Program-made: the position numbers and the translations under genes
The notes under the pieces: generated by a model
What the model was told of the DNA's origin: nothing
What the model saw: the letters and a program-made list of their open reading frames with translations, nothing else
Databases searched by the model: none
Origin: Takakia lepidozioides
Taxonomy: Eukaryota; Plantae; Bryophyta
Reading direction: 5' to 3'
Assembly (NCBI GenBank): GCA_030704615.1
Contig: CM060734.1
Location: forward strand, 28,582,001-28,646,000
Length of the DNA: 64,000 nucleotides
Part shown: positions 23,776 to 36,051 of the stretch, piece by piece
Layout of the letters: each line of letters begins with the position of its first letter
Numbering within the stretch: the first letter of the stretch is position 1

Positions 23776-24615
23776 GCGACCGTCGCATGGTGGTCACTAT
23801 ATTTATAAAAACAAGAAGAGCGACCGCCACATGGCGGTCGCCGTTTTTTTTTAATATATATTAAATAAGCGACCGCCACATGGCGGTCGCTGTTTTTTTA
23901 AAATATATATTAAATAAGCGACCGCCTCCTGGCGGTCGCTTAATTCAAGATTCAAAATATAAATAAGCGGCCGCCGCTAAATGGCGGTCGCTTCATTTTT
24001 AAAAATATATTAAGTAAGCGACCGCCAAACGGCGGTCGCTTAATTTAAGAATCAAAATCAAATCGAGCGACCGCCTCCAAATGGCGGTCGTTGTATTCTT
24101 TATTAACAAAAATAGCGACGGCCGCCAAATGGCAATCGCTGCATTTTTCAAAAATTAACTGAAGAAGCGACCGCCAAACGGCGGTCCCTTTATTTAAAAA
24201 TAAAAATAAAAATAAGCGACCAATGCTAAATGACGGTCGCTAAATTTAAAAAATATATATACCGACCGCCACATGGCGGTCGCTGTATTTTTACAAAATA
24301 TATCAAAGATATAATAATAATAATATAATAAAGTGCGAGCGACCGCCAATCTGGGCGGTCGCTTCATTTAAAACATAATAAACTTCAACTGACCGCCAAT
24401 GTAGGCGGTCGCTTATTTTAAAATATAATAAAATACAAGCGACCGCCAATATAGGCGGTCGTTTCATTTATAAATAAAGAAATTACCGGCGACCGCCAAT
24501 AGAGGTGGTCACTTAATTTAACAAAATATTAAATTACAAGCGACTGCCAATATGGGCGGTCGCTTTTATTTTAAAAATAATAAATTATATGCGACCGCCA
24601 ATATAAGCGGACACA
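23776..24615. repeat. Right subterminal array: ~17 GCGACCGCC-N4-7-GGCGGTCGC palindromes, ~49-50-bp period
   Basis: Directly visible; same unit as the left array. Confidence 0.95.
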
Positions 24616-24904
24616 TTTTTTTTAACTAATGAATAAATATTAATAATTGGCCACGTCTGTTTTACACCGTGGCTGCCATGTCATTACAAAGGATAGAAGT
24701 AAATCGTAAAAGTCAAATGTAAAAAAAATTACATGGGTAAACAACCGGATTCGACGTGACATGACGGCCGACGTGTCAACGCCATGTCACGTCAGGAATG
24801 ATAACTAGGTTTTCACGGGAAAGCTCCTCTCATCTTCTCTCCCCTAAACCATCATATAGTAATCGAATGATTTGTTTCGTGTAAGTTGCGAGAAACTACC
24901 TATC

Positions 24905-25559
24905 TCCCAACCTGGCCGCCGGGCCAACTTGGAGCTCCGGCTGCTCACCGGGGCATAACGGTCCCCCTTTGATCTCCCAAAGAACCCTCCAACGATTTGG
25001 AACCAGCGGAATTCCCTTTGGTAGTTGGCAGTCCGGAACAGCTCCCCACTCTTTGTTCGCTTCCGGCTCGCTCGCTTACTCACTAGTTTTTGGTCACCAA
25101 CGGGCTTGCACCGTTCTCGGGGTTACTACTCCCTATATATACTTCTGTAGCTGTCCGCGGGGGTTTCACAAACAACCATGCCATTTTATGGCGAACCACC
25201 ACGAACACCCTCGACTCCCGGTGATGAGTCGTGGTGAGTCTTGGCCCACCCACCACGGCCCCTATGGACTGTGATGAGTCCCAAGACTCCCCACGACTCC
25301 CACCACGAGGTCTCCGCCTCAGGGTGAGTCCTATGCCACCCCCACTAAGTCCCGCTAAGCTACCACCACCCCTTATGGAGCCACCCCCACCGCAACCCGG
25401 TGTGCGGGGCTCCACCTAGTGAGCGCCTCTGCCTCCTTGAGTGCCTTGGGCACTCAAGGGTGCTTCAGCCCCCCATACCTATCGTTGCCATTGCCCCCAC
25501 CACAGGGGCAGCCCCTCTTGTGTCCCGACCCCTTGCCCTCAAGGCAAAGGGCCACGACA
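24905..25559 (-). mobile_element. Truncated LTR of a third copy of the Galadriel-like family, inserted in the RT of the outer copy
   Basis: Homologous to 26920-27579. It ends precisely ...GGGCCACGACA and abuts CCGGTGCTATTC (the PVLF codons of RT). The left end is lost by deletion. Confidence 0.85.
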
Positions 25560-26850
25560 CCGGTGCTATTCGCAGACAAGAAGGATGGGACGCTGCGAAT
25601 GTGTGTCAATTACAGGGCTCTGAATAAGGTGACTATCAAGAACCGGTACCCTTTGCCAAGGATCGACAACCTCTTCGATCGGTTGGCAGGAGCGAAGTAT
25701 TTCAGCTTGATCGATTTGTGCTCGGGCTACCATCAAATCCGAGTGGCGGAAGGAGATGAGGAGAAGACCGCGTGCAGGACAAGATATGGTTCATATGAGT
25801 TCTTGGTGATGCCTTTTAGGCTCACCAATGCACCCGCGACCTTTAACATGCTAATGAACAGCCTTTTTCAAGAGTGGTTGGATGACTTTGTGATCCTATA
25901 CATCGACGACATCTTGGTGTACTCGAAAACAAAGGAAGAGTACCTCGAGAACCTCAAAAGGATGTTCCAGAAATTGCGGGAAGAGAAGCTGTATGCCAAA
26001 GCTTCAAAGTGTGAATTCAGGGTTACAAAAATGGAGTTCCTAGGGCATGTGATTACACAGGATGGGATCAAAATGGATGACAGAAAGGTGAGGGCGATCT
26101 TGGACTGGGAGCCTCCGACTTCGGTCTCAGGAGTGCGATCCTTCCTAGGACTCGCCTCTTATTACCGAAAGTATGTGAGAAATTTTGCCAAGATCGCGGG
26201 GCCGTTGTCAGACCTTCTGTGTAAATCCAAAGTCTGGATATGTAACACCTTTTGTGGCCAAGCTTTTGCTGAGTTGAAGCAGCGGATGGCGGAAGCTCCA
26301 GTCCTAAAAATCCCGGAGTTCGACCGTCCATTTGAGATTCATACGGATGCGTCGGACTTCGCAATTGGGGGTGTGCTCATGCAGGATGGACGTCCAGTGG
26401 CTTACAAAAGTAAGATACTGAATGAAGTGGAGCGACGGTGGCCTACGCACAAGAAAGAAATGAAGGCGGTGGTGCATTGCCTTGAGCTTTGGCGCCATTA
26501 TGTTGGTTCCAACCCGGTGAAGGTGTTCACGGACAATGTTACGGTGAAGTATTTTGCCACGCAACCTAAGTTGTCCCCAAAACAACTTAGGTGGCAAGAC
26601 ACTTTGGCAGTGTTCGACGTGGATATCCAGTACAAACTGGGACGGGACAATGTGGTGGCCGATGCTTTAAGTAGAAAGCAGCAGCTCATATTGGTGTACA
26701 GGGGCGAGACAACGCTCCAAAGGAAGATCCGGAAGGCTTACCGGAAGGATGAGATGACGAAGTCCGGGAGGCGGGACTTGAGGATGGGGGTAAAATCGCA
26801 GTTCCACTTGCAAAATGGACTGCTCCGGTACAAGCAAAAGCATCTCTATG

Positions 26851-27579
26851 TGTCGCGCACCTCACTTCGGTAAGCTCCCCTTCAAGTCATAGTTACTCGC
26901 TTTGATGCGCGCGCCTGACTCCCAACCTGGCCGCCCGGGCCAACTTGGAGCTTCGGCTGCTCACCGGGACATAACGGTCCCCCCCTTTGCTTCCCTCTAA
27001 ACCCTCCACCTAATTGAGACTAGGAGAATTCCCTTTGGTAGATGGCAGTCCGGAATAGCTCCCCACTCCTTGGTCGCTTTCCGGCTCGCTCGCTTACTCA
27101 CTAGTTTTTGGTCACCAACGGGCTTGCACCGTTCTCGGGGTTACTACTCCCTATATAAACTTCTGTAGCTGTCCGCGGGGGTTCCACAACCAGCCATGCC
27201 ACTTTATGGCGAACCACCACGAAAACCCTCGACTCCCGGTGATGAGTCGCGGTGAGTCTTGGCCCGCTCACCACGGCCCTTATGGACCGTGATGAGTTCC
27301 AAAACTCCCCACAACTCCCACCACGAGGTCTCCGCCCCCATGGTGAGTCCTATGCCACCCCCACTAAGTCCCGCTAAGCTACCACCACCCCTTGTGGAGC
27401 CACCCCCACCGCAACCCGGTGTGCGGGGCTTCCACCTAGTGAGCGCCTCCGCTTCCCTGAGTGCCTTGGGCACTCAAGGGTGCTTCAGCCCCCCATACCT
27501 ATTGCTGCCGCTGCCCCCACCACAGGGGCAGCCCCTCATGTGTCCCGACCCCCTGCCCTCAAGGCAAAGGGCCGCGACA
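26851..27579 (-). repeat. 3' LTR of the inner element
   Basis: TGTCGCG...CGCGACA termini; the PPT is adjacent at 27580-27591. Confidence 0.95.
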
Positions 27580-28485
27580 CACACCCCTACCAACAGGGAG
27601 TCGATGTCCTCATCGACTTGTCCATTTTGTAGAAACGAACATCCAAGTTGTGGCGTCCCACATCAAGGAGTTTGTTTCCGCACCATGGCGTCCCATGGCA
27701 AAGAACCAAACCCCACACTTGACTCTACTCTCCACTAGCTAGTTCGGCCGACTTCCTCCAAGTCCCGGCCAAGGGTGGAGCCTCTCCAGCTCCTCCCAGT
27801 GCACTCTTCTTGGCCTACTTCAAGGCCAAGGAACGATCCTCCCCGAGGATCGAATCGCCTTACTGCAACAACATTGCTTGCGATCGCTCATGATGCCGCT
27901 TTTGGCATCACCTTGAGCAAGGGTTCACCTGGAACCCTCTTTGACTAGGAAGTTAACCTTGAACCAACCGTGCGCCCCAATCACTACAATTGGGTCCGCC
28001 TTGGAATGCTGGCCTGAGGTACGGGAACACGCCGAAGCCGCACTACGACTTCGTTCCGAGGCTACACGATTATAGTACGTGAACGGAAGCACGTAGCTTC
28101 CGCGTTAGCCCGCACTACAAGACAACCCCCTCGGTAGCGCAGTTATAGTACGCGCACGCGCCAGGTGCGCACTAGCAAGTGAACTCCCAAAGAAGGCGCA
28201 AATTTCCTTGCCCCTTGGATGGAAGTCACCCGATTTCGGCACTGCGCAAACACACGATTAACCCAATTTACCTCTCCCACTTTTGTAAGCTAGCATGCAT
28301 TCTACACACTAGCCAACCACACCATGCATCACCATTCCAAACACAATAGGACGCACAATATTTGGAACCCATTTCCTTTATAACAAATTTTTGTACAATA
28401 CAAGTTGTTGCAATCGGATTCCTGAGCTAGCTAAACCGGGCTAAGCATGCATTTCCTCCCCCACGCTCCAAGGTTGATGTCCCCA

Positions 28486-31400
28486 TCAACGCTTCTTCCG
28501 CTTTTGAGGTCGCCCTTCGAAAGTTGCAACCGCCTCGGATGCGTTTCCCATTTCTGAGGCACGCACCCAAGATGCCTCCACATGATGATAGCCCTTCCAT
28601 TTGACGAGATACTCCGTTTCTCGGTTCTTGAACCTCCTCGACTTAAGTATTGCCTCCACCTCGTACTCAGGTTCATTTTCATGATCCAACAGCATAGGTG
28701 GCGGACGCAACACTTGATGTCGATTCGGACGCGCTTCATCTTTGAAGTAAGGCTTCAAAATGGAGACATGGAATACTGGGTGCACCTTGCTGTTTGCCGG
28801 CAGCTCCAATTCATACACATCCTCATTCATAACCTTCCGAATGCGAAAGGGTCCCGCATACGGAGGTACGAACTTCGGACTCACTTCCGGAGGTAGTCGG
28901 AAATTCTTGACGTTCAACCAGACCTCTGTGCCTGCCTCAAACTTCACTTCCCTCCGCTTCCGATTCGCCTGCCTTTCATACCGTTTCCTAGCTTTGGCAA
29001 TGTTGTACTTTGCGAGCTTCAACAAACGCTCGCGTTTTTCCAGTACCGCCGCTACTGCCGGTTCCTCAACGTCCTGGGCGGCCCAACTTGTCGGCACCAG
29101 AGGTGCTTTTCCATAGACCAATACGAAAGGAGAAACTCCCGTTGCAAAGTGTTTTGTGTTATTATAACATAACTTTGCCGCATCCAAGTGCTCCACCCAG
29201 TCTGATTGGTCTGCCAACATGTAATTCCGCATGATCTGCTTCACCACGGAATTCACTCTTTCCGTTTGGCCGTCCGATGTAGATCGGAAGGCGGTGCTCA
29301 TCTTGAGCCTCGTCCCCATTTTCTTCCAAAGTGCCCTCCAAAATTTACTTGTAAACTTTGGATCGCGGTCCGAGACAATATCCTTCGGGAGTCCATGATA
29401 CTTGAAGACGTGGACGAAGTAAAGTCGCCCCGTCTCCTGCACCGTTGCCGTCTCCTTGGTGGGGATGAAATGACCAATTTTACTGAACCTACCCACCACC
29501 ACCATGATTGCATCGAATCCTTTTGACAGCAGCATAGCAGTCATGAAATCCATCGAGACACTTTCCCAAGACCCCTCTGGAAGCGGCAAGGGTTGTAACA
29601 GCCTCGCTTGCTTTTTGTACTCGCTCCGATTTTGTTGGCATGTGGTGCATGTCTTGACATACTCCTCGGCCTCCTCCCTCAGTTTGGGCCAGAAATACTC
29701 TTTCTTCAAGAGTGCCGCAGTGCGCTTGGCTCCGCCGTGGCCCACAAGCGGGCTATCATGGCATTCTCTCAAGAGGCTATCCCTGATCCCTCCCTTCGGC
29801 ACGTAGAGACGTTTTTGCTTATACCGGAGCAGTCCATTTTGCAAGTGGAACTGCGATTTAACCCCCGTCCTCAAGTCCTGCATCACGGACTTTGCCAGCT
29901 CATCCTTCCGGCAAGCCTTCCGGATCTTCCTTTGGAGCGCCATCTCGCCCTTGTACACCAACAAGAGCTGCTGCTTTCTACTTAAAGCATCGGCCACCAC
30001 ATTGTCCCGTCCCGGTTTGTACTGGATATCCGCGTCGAACACTGCCAAAGTATCTTGCCACCTAAGTTGTTTTGGGGACAACATGGGCTGCATGGCAAAA
30101 TACTTCACCGTGACATTGTCCGTGAACACCTTCACTGGGTTGGAACCAACATAGTGGCGCCAGAGCTCAAGGCAATGCACCACCGCCTTCATCTCTTTTT
30201 CGTGCGTTGGCCACCGTCGCTCCACTTCATTCAGTTTCTTACTTTCGTAAGCCACCGGACGTCCATCTTGCATAAGTACACCCCCAATCGCGAAGTCCGA
30301 TGCATCTGTATGAATCTCAAACGGACGATCGAACTCCGGGATTTTCAAGACTAGAGCTTCCGTCATCCGCTGCTTCAATTCAGCAAAAGCTTGGCCACAA
30401 AATGTGTTCCATACCCAGACTTTGGATTTACACAAAAGGTCCGACAGCGGCCCCGCGATCTTGGCAAAATTTCTCACATACTTTCGATAATAGGAGGCGA
30501 GTCCTAGGAAGGATCGCACTCCCGGGACCGAAGTCGGAGGCTCCCAGTCCAAGATCGCACTCACCTTCCTGTCATCCATTTTGATCCCATCCTGTGTAAT
30601 CACGTGCCCCAGGAACTCCACTTTTGTGACCCCGAATTCGCACTTTGAAGCTTTGGCATACAGCTTCCCTTCCCGCAATTTTTGGAACACCCTTTTGAGG
30701 TGCTCCAGGTGCTCCTCCTTTGTTTTCGAGTACACCAAGATGTCGTCGATGTACACGATCACAAAGTCATCCAACCACTCCTGGAAAAGGCTGTTCATCA
30801 GCGTGCTAAATGTCGCTGGTGCATTGGTGAGCCCAAAAGGCATCACCAAGAACTCATATGAATCATACCTTGTCCTGCACGCGGTCTTCTCCTCATCTCC
30901 TTCCGCCACCCGAATTTGGTGATAGCCGGAGCGCAAGTCGATCCGGCTAAAATACTTCGCTCCTGCCAACCGATCGAAGAGGTCGTCGATCCTTGGCAAA
31001 GGGTACCGGTTTTTTATAGTCACCTTATTCAGAGCCCTGTAATCGACACACATCCGCAGCGTCCCATCCTTCTTGTCTGCAAATAGCACCGGGGCTCCGT
31101 AAGGTGACTTACTCGGCCGGATGTACCCCTTTGACATTAGATCCTTGAGCTGAGTCTTCAGCTCGACCAACTCTCTGTGGCTCAACCGGTAGGGCGCCTT
31201 GGCAGGCGGTTCCGATCCCGGTATCACCTCAATCTTGTGGTCAACTCCTCTTCGCGGTGGCAAGCCGCTTGGTAAATCCTCCGGCATCACTTCCTGGTAT
31301 TTCTCCAAAATCCCCTTGATCCAATCTGGGCTCGGCTCCCCATCGCCTTCTCCTTTCACTTCTCTAATGTAAAGCAAAAACTGGGGCCCGTGTGCCTCCT

Positions 31401-33048
31401 CCACGGCCCACTCCTTTGCTGACAGAAGGTTTATTCGCCCTCCCATGGATTTGGGCGTTTCTGACACTCGTAAAACCTCGCCACCATTCCCACATGGCAG
31501 CGTGACTACTCTCTTGCGGCCATCTATGACCGCTCCGGATTTGCTCAAAAAGGTCATCCCCAAAATGAGATCCACTCCATCGATCTCGCAGATGGTGAAG
31601 TTCTCACGTCCCTCCCAACTCCCTAGTTGAAGGGGAACATCAATCGCCAACCTTGTCGCCAACTGTGGTTCTCCTTTGGCAGAACGTACCTCAATAGAGG
31701 CCCCCACGTCACTTGTCGGGAGTCCCAGCTTTTGTGCCGTTGCCGGTGTCATGAAGGAGTGGGACGCTCCTGTGTCCACCAACAACGACACATTAGTTCC
31801 GGATATTATCCCATCCACGAACAATAACTGACTCCCTTTTCGTAAGGCGCCAGTTTCCTGATACAACTCACAAGAAAATTTGCCTACCTTGCAAGTCCTG
31901 GCGACCACCGCTTCCACCAAGCGACTGATGGTATCTTCCGACAGCTCCGTGGTCGCCTGAGTCATGTTCAATTGCCGGGGCTTCGTGCACTTCTTGGCCA
32001 TGTGCCCGGGCTCCCCGCAATTGAAACACACTCCATCAAAGGTCACATTCTGTCCGCCATAAGCCGCTCCACCCGCTTTTCCTTTTGAAGCACCGGGTGC
32101 CGCCTTGACGTGTGAAGGCCCTCCCTTCGATTTCCACGTGCCAATGTCGCCGCGTGACCTATCCCACTTCTTTTCCAGTCGAAAGGAGTCACCTTCCCGC
32201 CGGGTCTTCTTGTGGTTCAGCTCCGTACGGCCTTGTTTCTCACCCCTAGGGACATTCGAGAAACATTCAGCCCTCTCAATTGCCTCGTTCAAAGTCTTGG
32301 GTGGCTTCTCCTCCAACTTCCGCCTGGCCCATGGGGCCAGTCCCGCAACAAAGTTGAAGACCATTTCTGGTTCTGCCATGTCCATGACTTCGAGCAACAG
32401 CACATTGAAAGCCTGGACATACCCCCGAATGTCATCTGTTTGCTTCAAATTCCTCATCTTGTCCCGGGCAAGCCAGGACGCGTTGAGGGGCACAAACTGT
32501 CTCTTCATCAATTCCTTGAACCCACTCCAGTTCAAGGTTTCCGGACTTGGACCTCGGTCGTGAAGGCGTTTCTGCCACCATTGTTGAGAATAGCCCCTCA
32601 AATAGGTGGGAGCCACTTCCACCCGATCCTCGTCACTCAACTTGGCCGCCCGGAAGTACTGCTCTAGCTCCAGGAGCCAGGTGTTGAGTGCCTTCCAATT
32701 TCGGACGCCCTCGAAGGTGCCGGGTTCCTTAGGCTTCACCTTAAACTTTACCTTAGTGGAAGTGGCATTAGCCGCCTTCAACACGTCTTTTAACGTCCCG
32801 CCAAACTGCGCCAACAACCCTTCCCAAAAGGCAGCCGGCATGGGAGGCATCTCTTGGTTTATCGGAGCTCTCAAGGATTCCTCGGGCTCCGACTCCTCGG
32901 ATTCCTCCCGCTCTTGAGCGGTCTCGTTTTTGGAAACATGCATCGCTTCCTCAAACGGCCGCCTCGGTGACACGTCGCTCCCATCGGGCTCACCGGGATC
33001 ATCATCTTTTGGGCCGTTCCGCTTTCGCTTCGGCTTGCCCGACCCCAT
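28486..33048 (-). CDS. Gag-Pol polyprotein (gag, zinc knuckle, aspartic protease, RT, RNase H, integrase, chromodomain), ~1520 aa from the first ATG
   Basis: [14 protein letters not shown]; [10 protein letters not shown]; YIDD; TDASDFAIG; H-x6-H...CTTC; SMDF/SDRD/GQTE; GPF; [10 protein letters not shown]...YLVKWKGY...SW. Confidence 0.95.
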   Translation of the reverse strand: MGSGKPKRKRNGPKDDDPGEPDGSDVSPRRPFEEAMHVSKNETAQEREESEESEPEESLRAPINQEMPPMPAAFWEGLLAQFGGTLKDVLKAANATSTKVKFKVKPKEPGTFEGVRNWKALNTWLLELEQYFRAAKLSDEDRVEVAPTYLRGYSQQWWQKRLHDRGPSPETLNWSGFKELMKRQFVPLNASWLARDKMRNLKQTDDIRGYVQAFNVLLLEVMDMAEPEMVFNFVAGLAPWARRKLEEKPPKTLNEAIERAECFSNVPRGEKQGRTELNHKKTRREGDSFRLEKKWDRSRGDIGTWKSKGGPSHVKAAPGASKGKAGGAAYGGQNVTFDGVCFNCGEPGHMAKKCTKPRQLNMTQATTELSEDTISRLVEAVVARTCKVGKFSCELYQETGALRKGSQLLFVDGIISGTNVSLLVDTGASHSFMTPATAQKLGLPTSDVGASIEVRSAKGEPQLATRLAIDVPLQLGSWEGRENFTICEIDGVDLILGMTFLSKSGAVIDGRKRVVTLPCGNGGEVLRVSETPKSMGGRINLLSAKEWAVEEAHGPQFLLYIREVKGEGDGEPSPDWIKGILEKYQEVMPEDLPSGLPPRRGVDHKIEVIPGSEPPAKAPYRLSHRELVELKTQLKDLMSKGYIRPSKSPYGAPVLFADKKDGTLRMCVDYRALNKVTIKNRYPLPRIDDLFDRLAGAKYFSRIDLRSGYHQIRVAEGDEEKTACRTRYDSYEFLVMPFGLTNAPATFSTLMNSLFQEWLDDFVIVYIDDILVYSKTKEEHLEHLKRVFQKLREGKLYAKASKCEFGVTKVEFLGHVITQDGIKMDDRKVSAILDWEPPTSVPGVRSFLGLASYYRKYVRNFAKIAGPLSDLLCKSKVWVWNTFCGQAFAELKQRMTEALVLKIPEFDRPFEIHTDASDFAIGGVLMQDGRPVAYESKKLNEVERRWPTHEKEMKAVVHCLELWRHYVGSNPVKVFTDNVTVKYFAMQPMLSPKQLRWQDTLAVFDADIQYKPGRDNVVADALSRKQQLLLVYKGEMALQRKIRKACRKDELAKSVMQDLRTGVKSQFHLQNGLLRYKQKRLYVPKGGIRDSLLRECHDSPLVGHGGAKRTAALLKKEYFWPKLREEAEEYVKTCTTCQQNRSEYKKQARLLQPLPLPEGSWESVSMDFMTAMLLSKGFDAIMVVVGRFSKIGHFIPTKETATVQETGRLYFVHVFKYHGLPKDIVSDRDPKFTSKFWRALWKKMGTRLKMSTAFRSTSDGQTERVNSVVKQIMRNYMLADQSDWVEHLDAAKLCYNNTKHFATGVSPFVLVYGKAPLVPTSWAAQDVEEPAVAAVLEKRERLLKLAKYNIAKARKRYERQANRKRREVKFEAGTEVWLNVKNFRLPPEVSPKFVPPYAGPFRIRKVMNEDVYELELPANSKVHPVFHVSILKPYFKDEARPNRHQVLRPPPMLLDHENEPEYEVEAILKSRRFKNRETEYLVKWKGYHHVEASWVRASEMGNASEAVATFEGRPQKRKKR

Positions 33049-33089
33049 GATGAGGCCAATCCCAAGGACGATCGCGTACTGAACTCTAA

Positions 33090-33101
33090 GCTCTGATACC
33101 A
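33090..33101 (-). other. Primer-binding site for initiator Met-tRNA
   Basis: TGGTATCAGAGC lies two nt downstream of the 5' LTR. Confidence 0.92.
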
Positions 33102-33103
33102 AG

Positions 33104-33832
33104 TGTCGCGCACCTCACTTCGGTAAGCTCTCCTTCAAGTCATAGTTACTCGCTTTGATGCGCGCGCCTGACTCCCAACCTGGCCGCCCGGGCCAACTTG
33201 GAGCTTCGGCTGCTCACCGAGACATAACGGTCCCCCCCTTCGCTTCCCTCTAAACCCTCCACCTAATTGAGACTAGGAGAATTCCCTTTGGTAGATGGCA
33301 GTCCGGAACAGCTCCCCACTCTTTGGTCGCTTTCCGGCTCGCTCGCTTACTCACTAGTTTTTGGTCACCAACGGGCTTGCACCGTTCTCGGGGTTACTAC
33401 TCCCTATATATACTTCTGTAGCTGTCCGCGGGGGTTCCACAACCAGCCATGCCATTTTATGGCGAACCACCACGAAAACCCTCGACTCCCGGTGATGAGT
33501 CGCGGTGAGTCTTGGCCCGCTCACCACGGCCCCTATGGACCGTGATGAGTTCCAAAACTCCCCACGACTCCTACCACGAGGTCTCCGCCCCCATGGTGAG
33601 TCCTATGCCACCCCCACTAAGTCCCGCTAAGCTACCACCACCCCTTGTGGAGCCACCCCCACCGCAACCCGGTGTGCGGGGCTTCCACCTAGTGAGCGCC
33701 TCCGCTTCCCTGAGTGCCTTGGGCACTCAAGGGTGCTTCAGCCCCCCATACCTATCGCTGCCGCTGCCCCCACCACAGGGGCAGCCCCTCATGTGTCCCG
33801 ACCCCCTGCCCTCAAGGCAAAGGGCCGCGACA
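33104..33832 (-). repeat. 5' LTR of the inner element
   Basis: Matches 26851-27579. TATA-like TATATATAGGG on the minus strand near 33401-33412. Confidence 0.95.
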
Positions 33833-36051
33833 CTACGTGCCAAAGGGAAGGATCAGAGATAGTCTCTTGAGAGAATGCCATGATGGCCTGCTTGCGGGCC
33901 ACGGCGGAGCCAAGCGCACCGCGACACTCTTGAAGAAAGAGTATTTCTGGCCCAAACTGAGGGAGGAGGCCGAGGAGTATGTCAAGACATGCACCACATG
34001 CCAACAAAATCGGAGCGAGTACAAAAAGCAAGCGGGGCTGTTACAACCCTTGCCGCTTCCAGAGGGGTCTTGAGAAAGTGTCTCGATGGATTTCATGACT
34101 GCTATGCTGCTGTCAAAAGGATTCGATGCAATCATGGTGGTGGTGGGTAGGTTCAGTAAAATTGGCCATTTCATCCCCACCAAGGAGACGGCAACGGTGC
34201 AGGAGACGGGGCGACTTTACTTCGTCCACGTCTTCAAGTATCATGGACTCCCGAAGGATATTGTCTCGGACCACGATCCAAAGTTTACAAGTAAATTTTG
34301 GAGGGCACTTTGGAAGAAAATGGGGACGAGGCTCAAGATGAGCACCGCCTTCCGATCTACGTCGGACGGCCAAACGGAAAGAGTGAATTCCGTGGTGAAG
34401 CAGATCATGCGGAATTACATGTTGGCAGACCAATTAGACTGGGTGGAGCACTTGGATGCGGCAAAGTTATGTTATAATAACACAAAACACTTTGCAACGG
34501 GAGTTTCTCCTTTCGTATTGGTCTATGGAAAAGCACCTATGGTGCCGACAAGTTGGGCCGCCCAGGTTGTTGAGGAACCGGCAGCAGTGGCGGTGCTGGA
34601 AGAACGCGAGCGTTTGTTGAAGCTCGCAAAGTACAACATTGTCAAAGCTAGGAAATGGTATGAATGGCAGGCGAATCAGCGGAGGGAAGTTAAGTTTGAG
34701 GCAGGCACGGCGGTTTGGTTGAACATCAAGAATTTCCGACTACCTCCGGAAGTGAGTCCGAAGTTCGTATCTCCGTATGCGGGACCCTTTCGCATCCGGA
34801 AGGTTATGAATGAGGATGTGTATGAATTGGAGCTGCCGGCAAACAACAAGGTGCATCCGGTATTCCACGTCTCCCTTTTGAAGCCTTACTTCAAAGATGA
34901 AGCGCGTCCAAATCGGCATCAAGTGTTGCGTCCGCCACCTGTGCTGTTGGATCATGAAAATGAACCTAAGCACGAGGTGGAGGCAGTGCTTGAGTCGATG
35001 AGGTTCAAGAATTGAGAAACGGAGTATCTCGTGAAATTGAATGGCTATCATCATGTGGAGGCATCTTGGGTGCGTGCCTCAGAAATGGGAAACGCATCCG
35101 AGGCAGTTGCAGCTTTCGAAGGGCGACCTCAAAAGTAGAAGAAGCGTTGATGGGGACATCAACCTTGGAGCGTGGGGGAGGAAATGCATGCTTAGCCCGG
35201 CTTAGCTAGCTCAGGAATCCGATTGCAAAAAACTTGTATTGTACAAATTTTGTTATAAATAAAATGGTTTCCAAATGTTATGCGTCCTATTTTGTTTGGA
35301 ATGGTGATGCATGGTATGGTTGGCTAGTGTGTAGGATGCATGCTAGCTTACAAAAGTGGGAGAGGTAAATTGGGTTAATCGTGTGTTTGCGCAGTGCTGA
35401 AATCGGGTGATTCCCATCCAAGGGGCAAGGAAACTTGCGCATTCTTTGGGAGTTCACGTGCTAGTGCGCACCTGGCATGCTCGCGTACTATAACTGCGCT
35501 ACCGAGGGGGTTGTCTTGTAGTGCGGATTAACGCGGAAGCTACGTGCTTCCGTTCACGTACTATAATCGTATAACCTCAGGACGAAGTCGTAGTGCGACT
35601 TCGGCGTGTTCCCGTACTTCAAGCCAGCATTCCAAGGCGGACCCAATTGTAGTGATTGGGGCGCACGGTTGGTTCAAGGTTATCTTCCTAGTCAAAAAGG
35701 GTTCAAGGTGAACCCTTGCTCAAGGTGATGCCAAAAGCGGCATCATGAGCGATCGCAAGCAATGATTTTGCAGTAAGGCGATTTGATCCTCGGGGAGGAT
35801 CGTTCCTTGGCCTTGAAGTGGGCCAAGAAGAGTGCACTGGGAGGAGCTTGAGAGGCTCCATCCTTGGCCGGGACTTGGAGGAAGTCGGCCGAACTAGCTA
35901 GTGGAGAGTAGAGTCAAGTGTGGGGTTTGGTTCTTTGCCATGGGACGCCATGGTGCGGAAACAAACTCCTTGATGTGGGACACCACAACTTGGATGTTCG
36001 TTTCTACAGACAAGTCGATGAGGACATCGACTCCCTGTTGGTAGGGGTGTG

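Larger units (their letters stand above)
17018..24809 (+). mobile_element. 7.8-kb DNA element with short imperfect TIRs, palindrome arrays and RING-finger cargo; superfamily unassigned
   Basis: TSD TTTTCACG at 17010-17017 and 24810-24817 (9 bp if the preceding G is counted). TIR CCCGGTTATCA vs CCTAGTTATCA (reverse complement). ACGT-core clusters lie inside both ends, followed by symmetric subterminal arrays. Confidence 0.85.
26851..33832 (-). mobile_element. Full-length Ty3/gypsy chromovirus (Galadriel-like) LTR retrotransposon
   Basis: Two 729-bp TG...CA LTRs (26851-27579, 33104-33832) with ~11 differences by eye. 5-bp TSD CTATG/CTACG. PBS, PPT and one uninterrupted gag-pol ORF. Confidence 0.97.

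Noticed and set aside
17157-24615. CRISPR-like appearance of the palindrome-plus-spacer arrays
   Set aside because: Spacers are low-complexity A/T tracts related to one another, the repeats are degenerate, there are no cas genes, the context is eukaryotic, and the arrays sit symmetrically inside a TSD-flanked element.
25419-26873. 484-aa ORF as a stand-alone reverse transcriptase gene
   Set aside because: It is a chance in-frame fusion of antisense LTR sequence (GTG start) with the RT-RNaseH segment of the interrupted outer retrotransposon.
27204-27742. Proline-rich ORFs in LTRs (also at 25231, 33512 and 36191)
   Set aside because: Shadows of C-rich LTR sequence; frames are not conserved among the four LTR copies.
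33049-33102. N-terminal extension of Gag-Pol given by the ORF track
   Set aside because: It starts at a TTG overlapping the PBS; the first ATG is at 33048.
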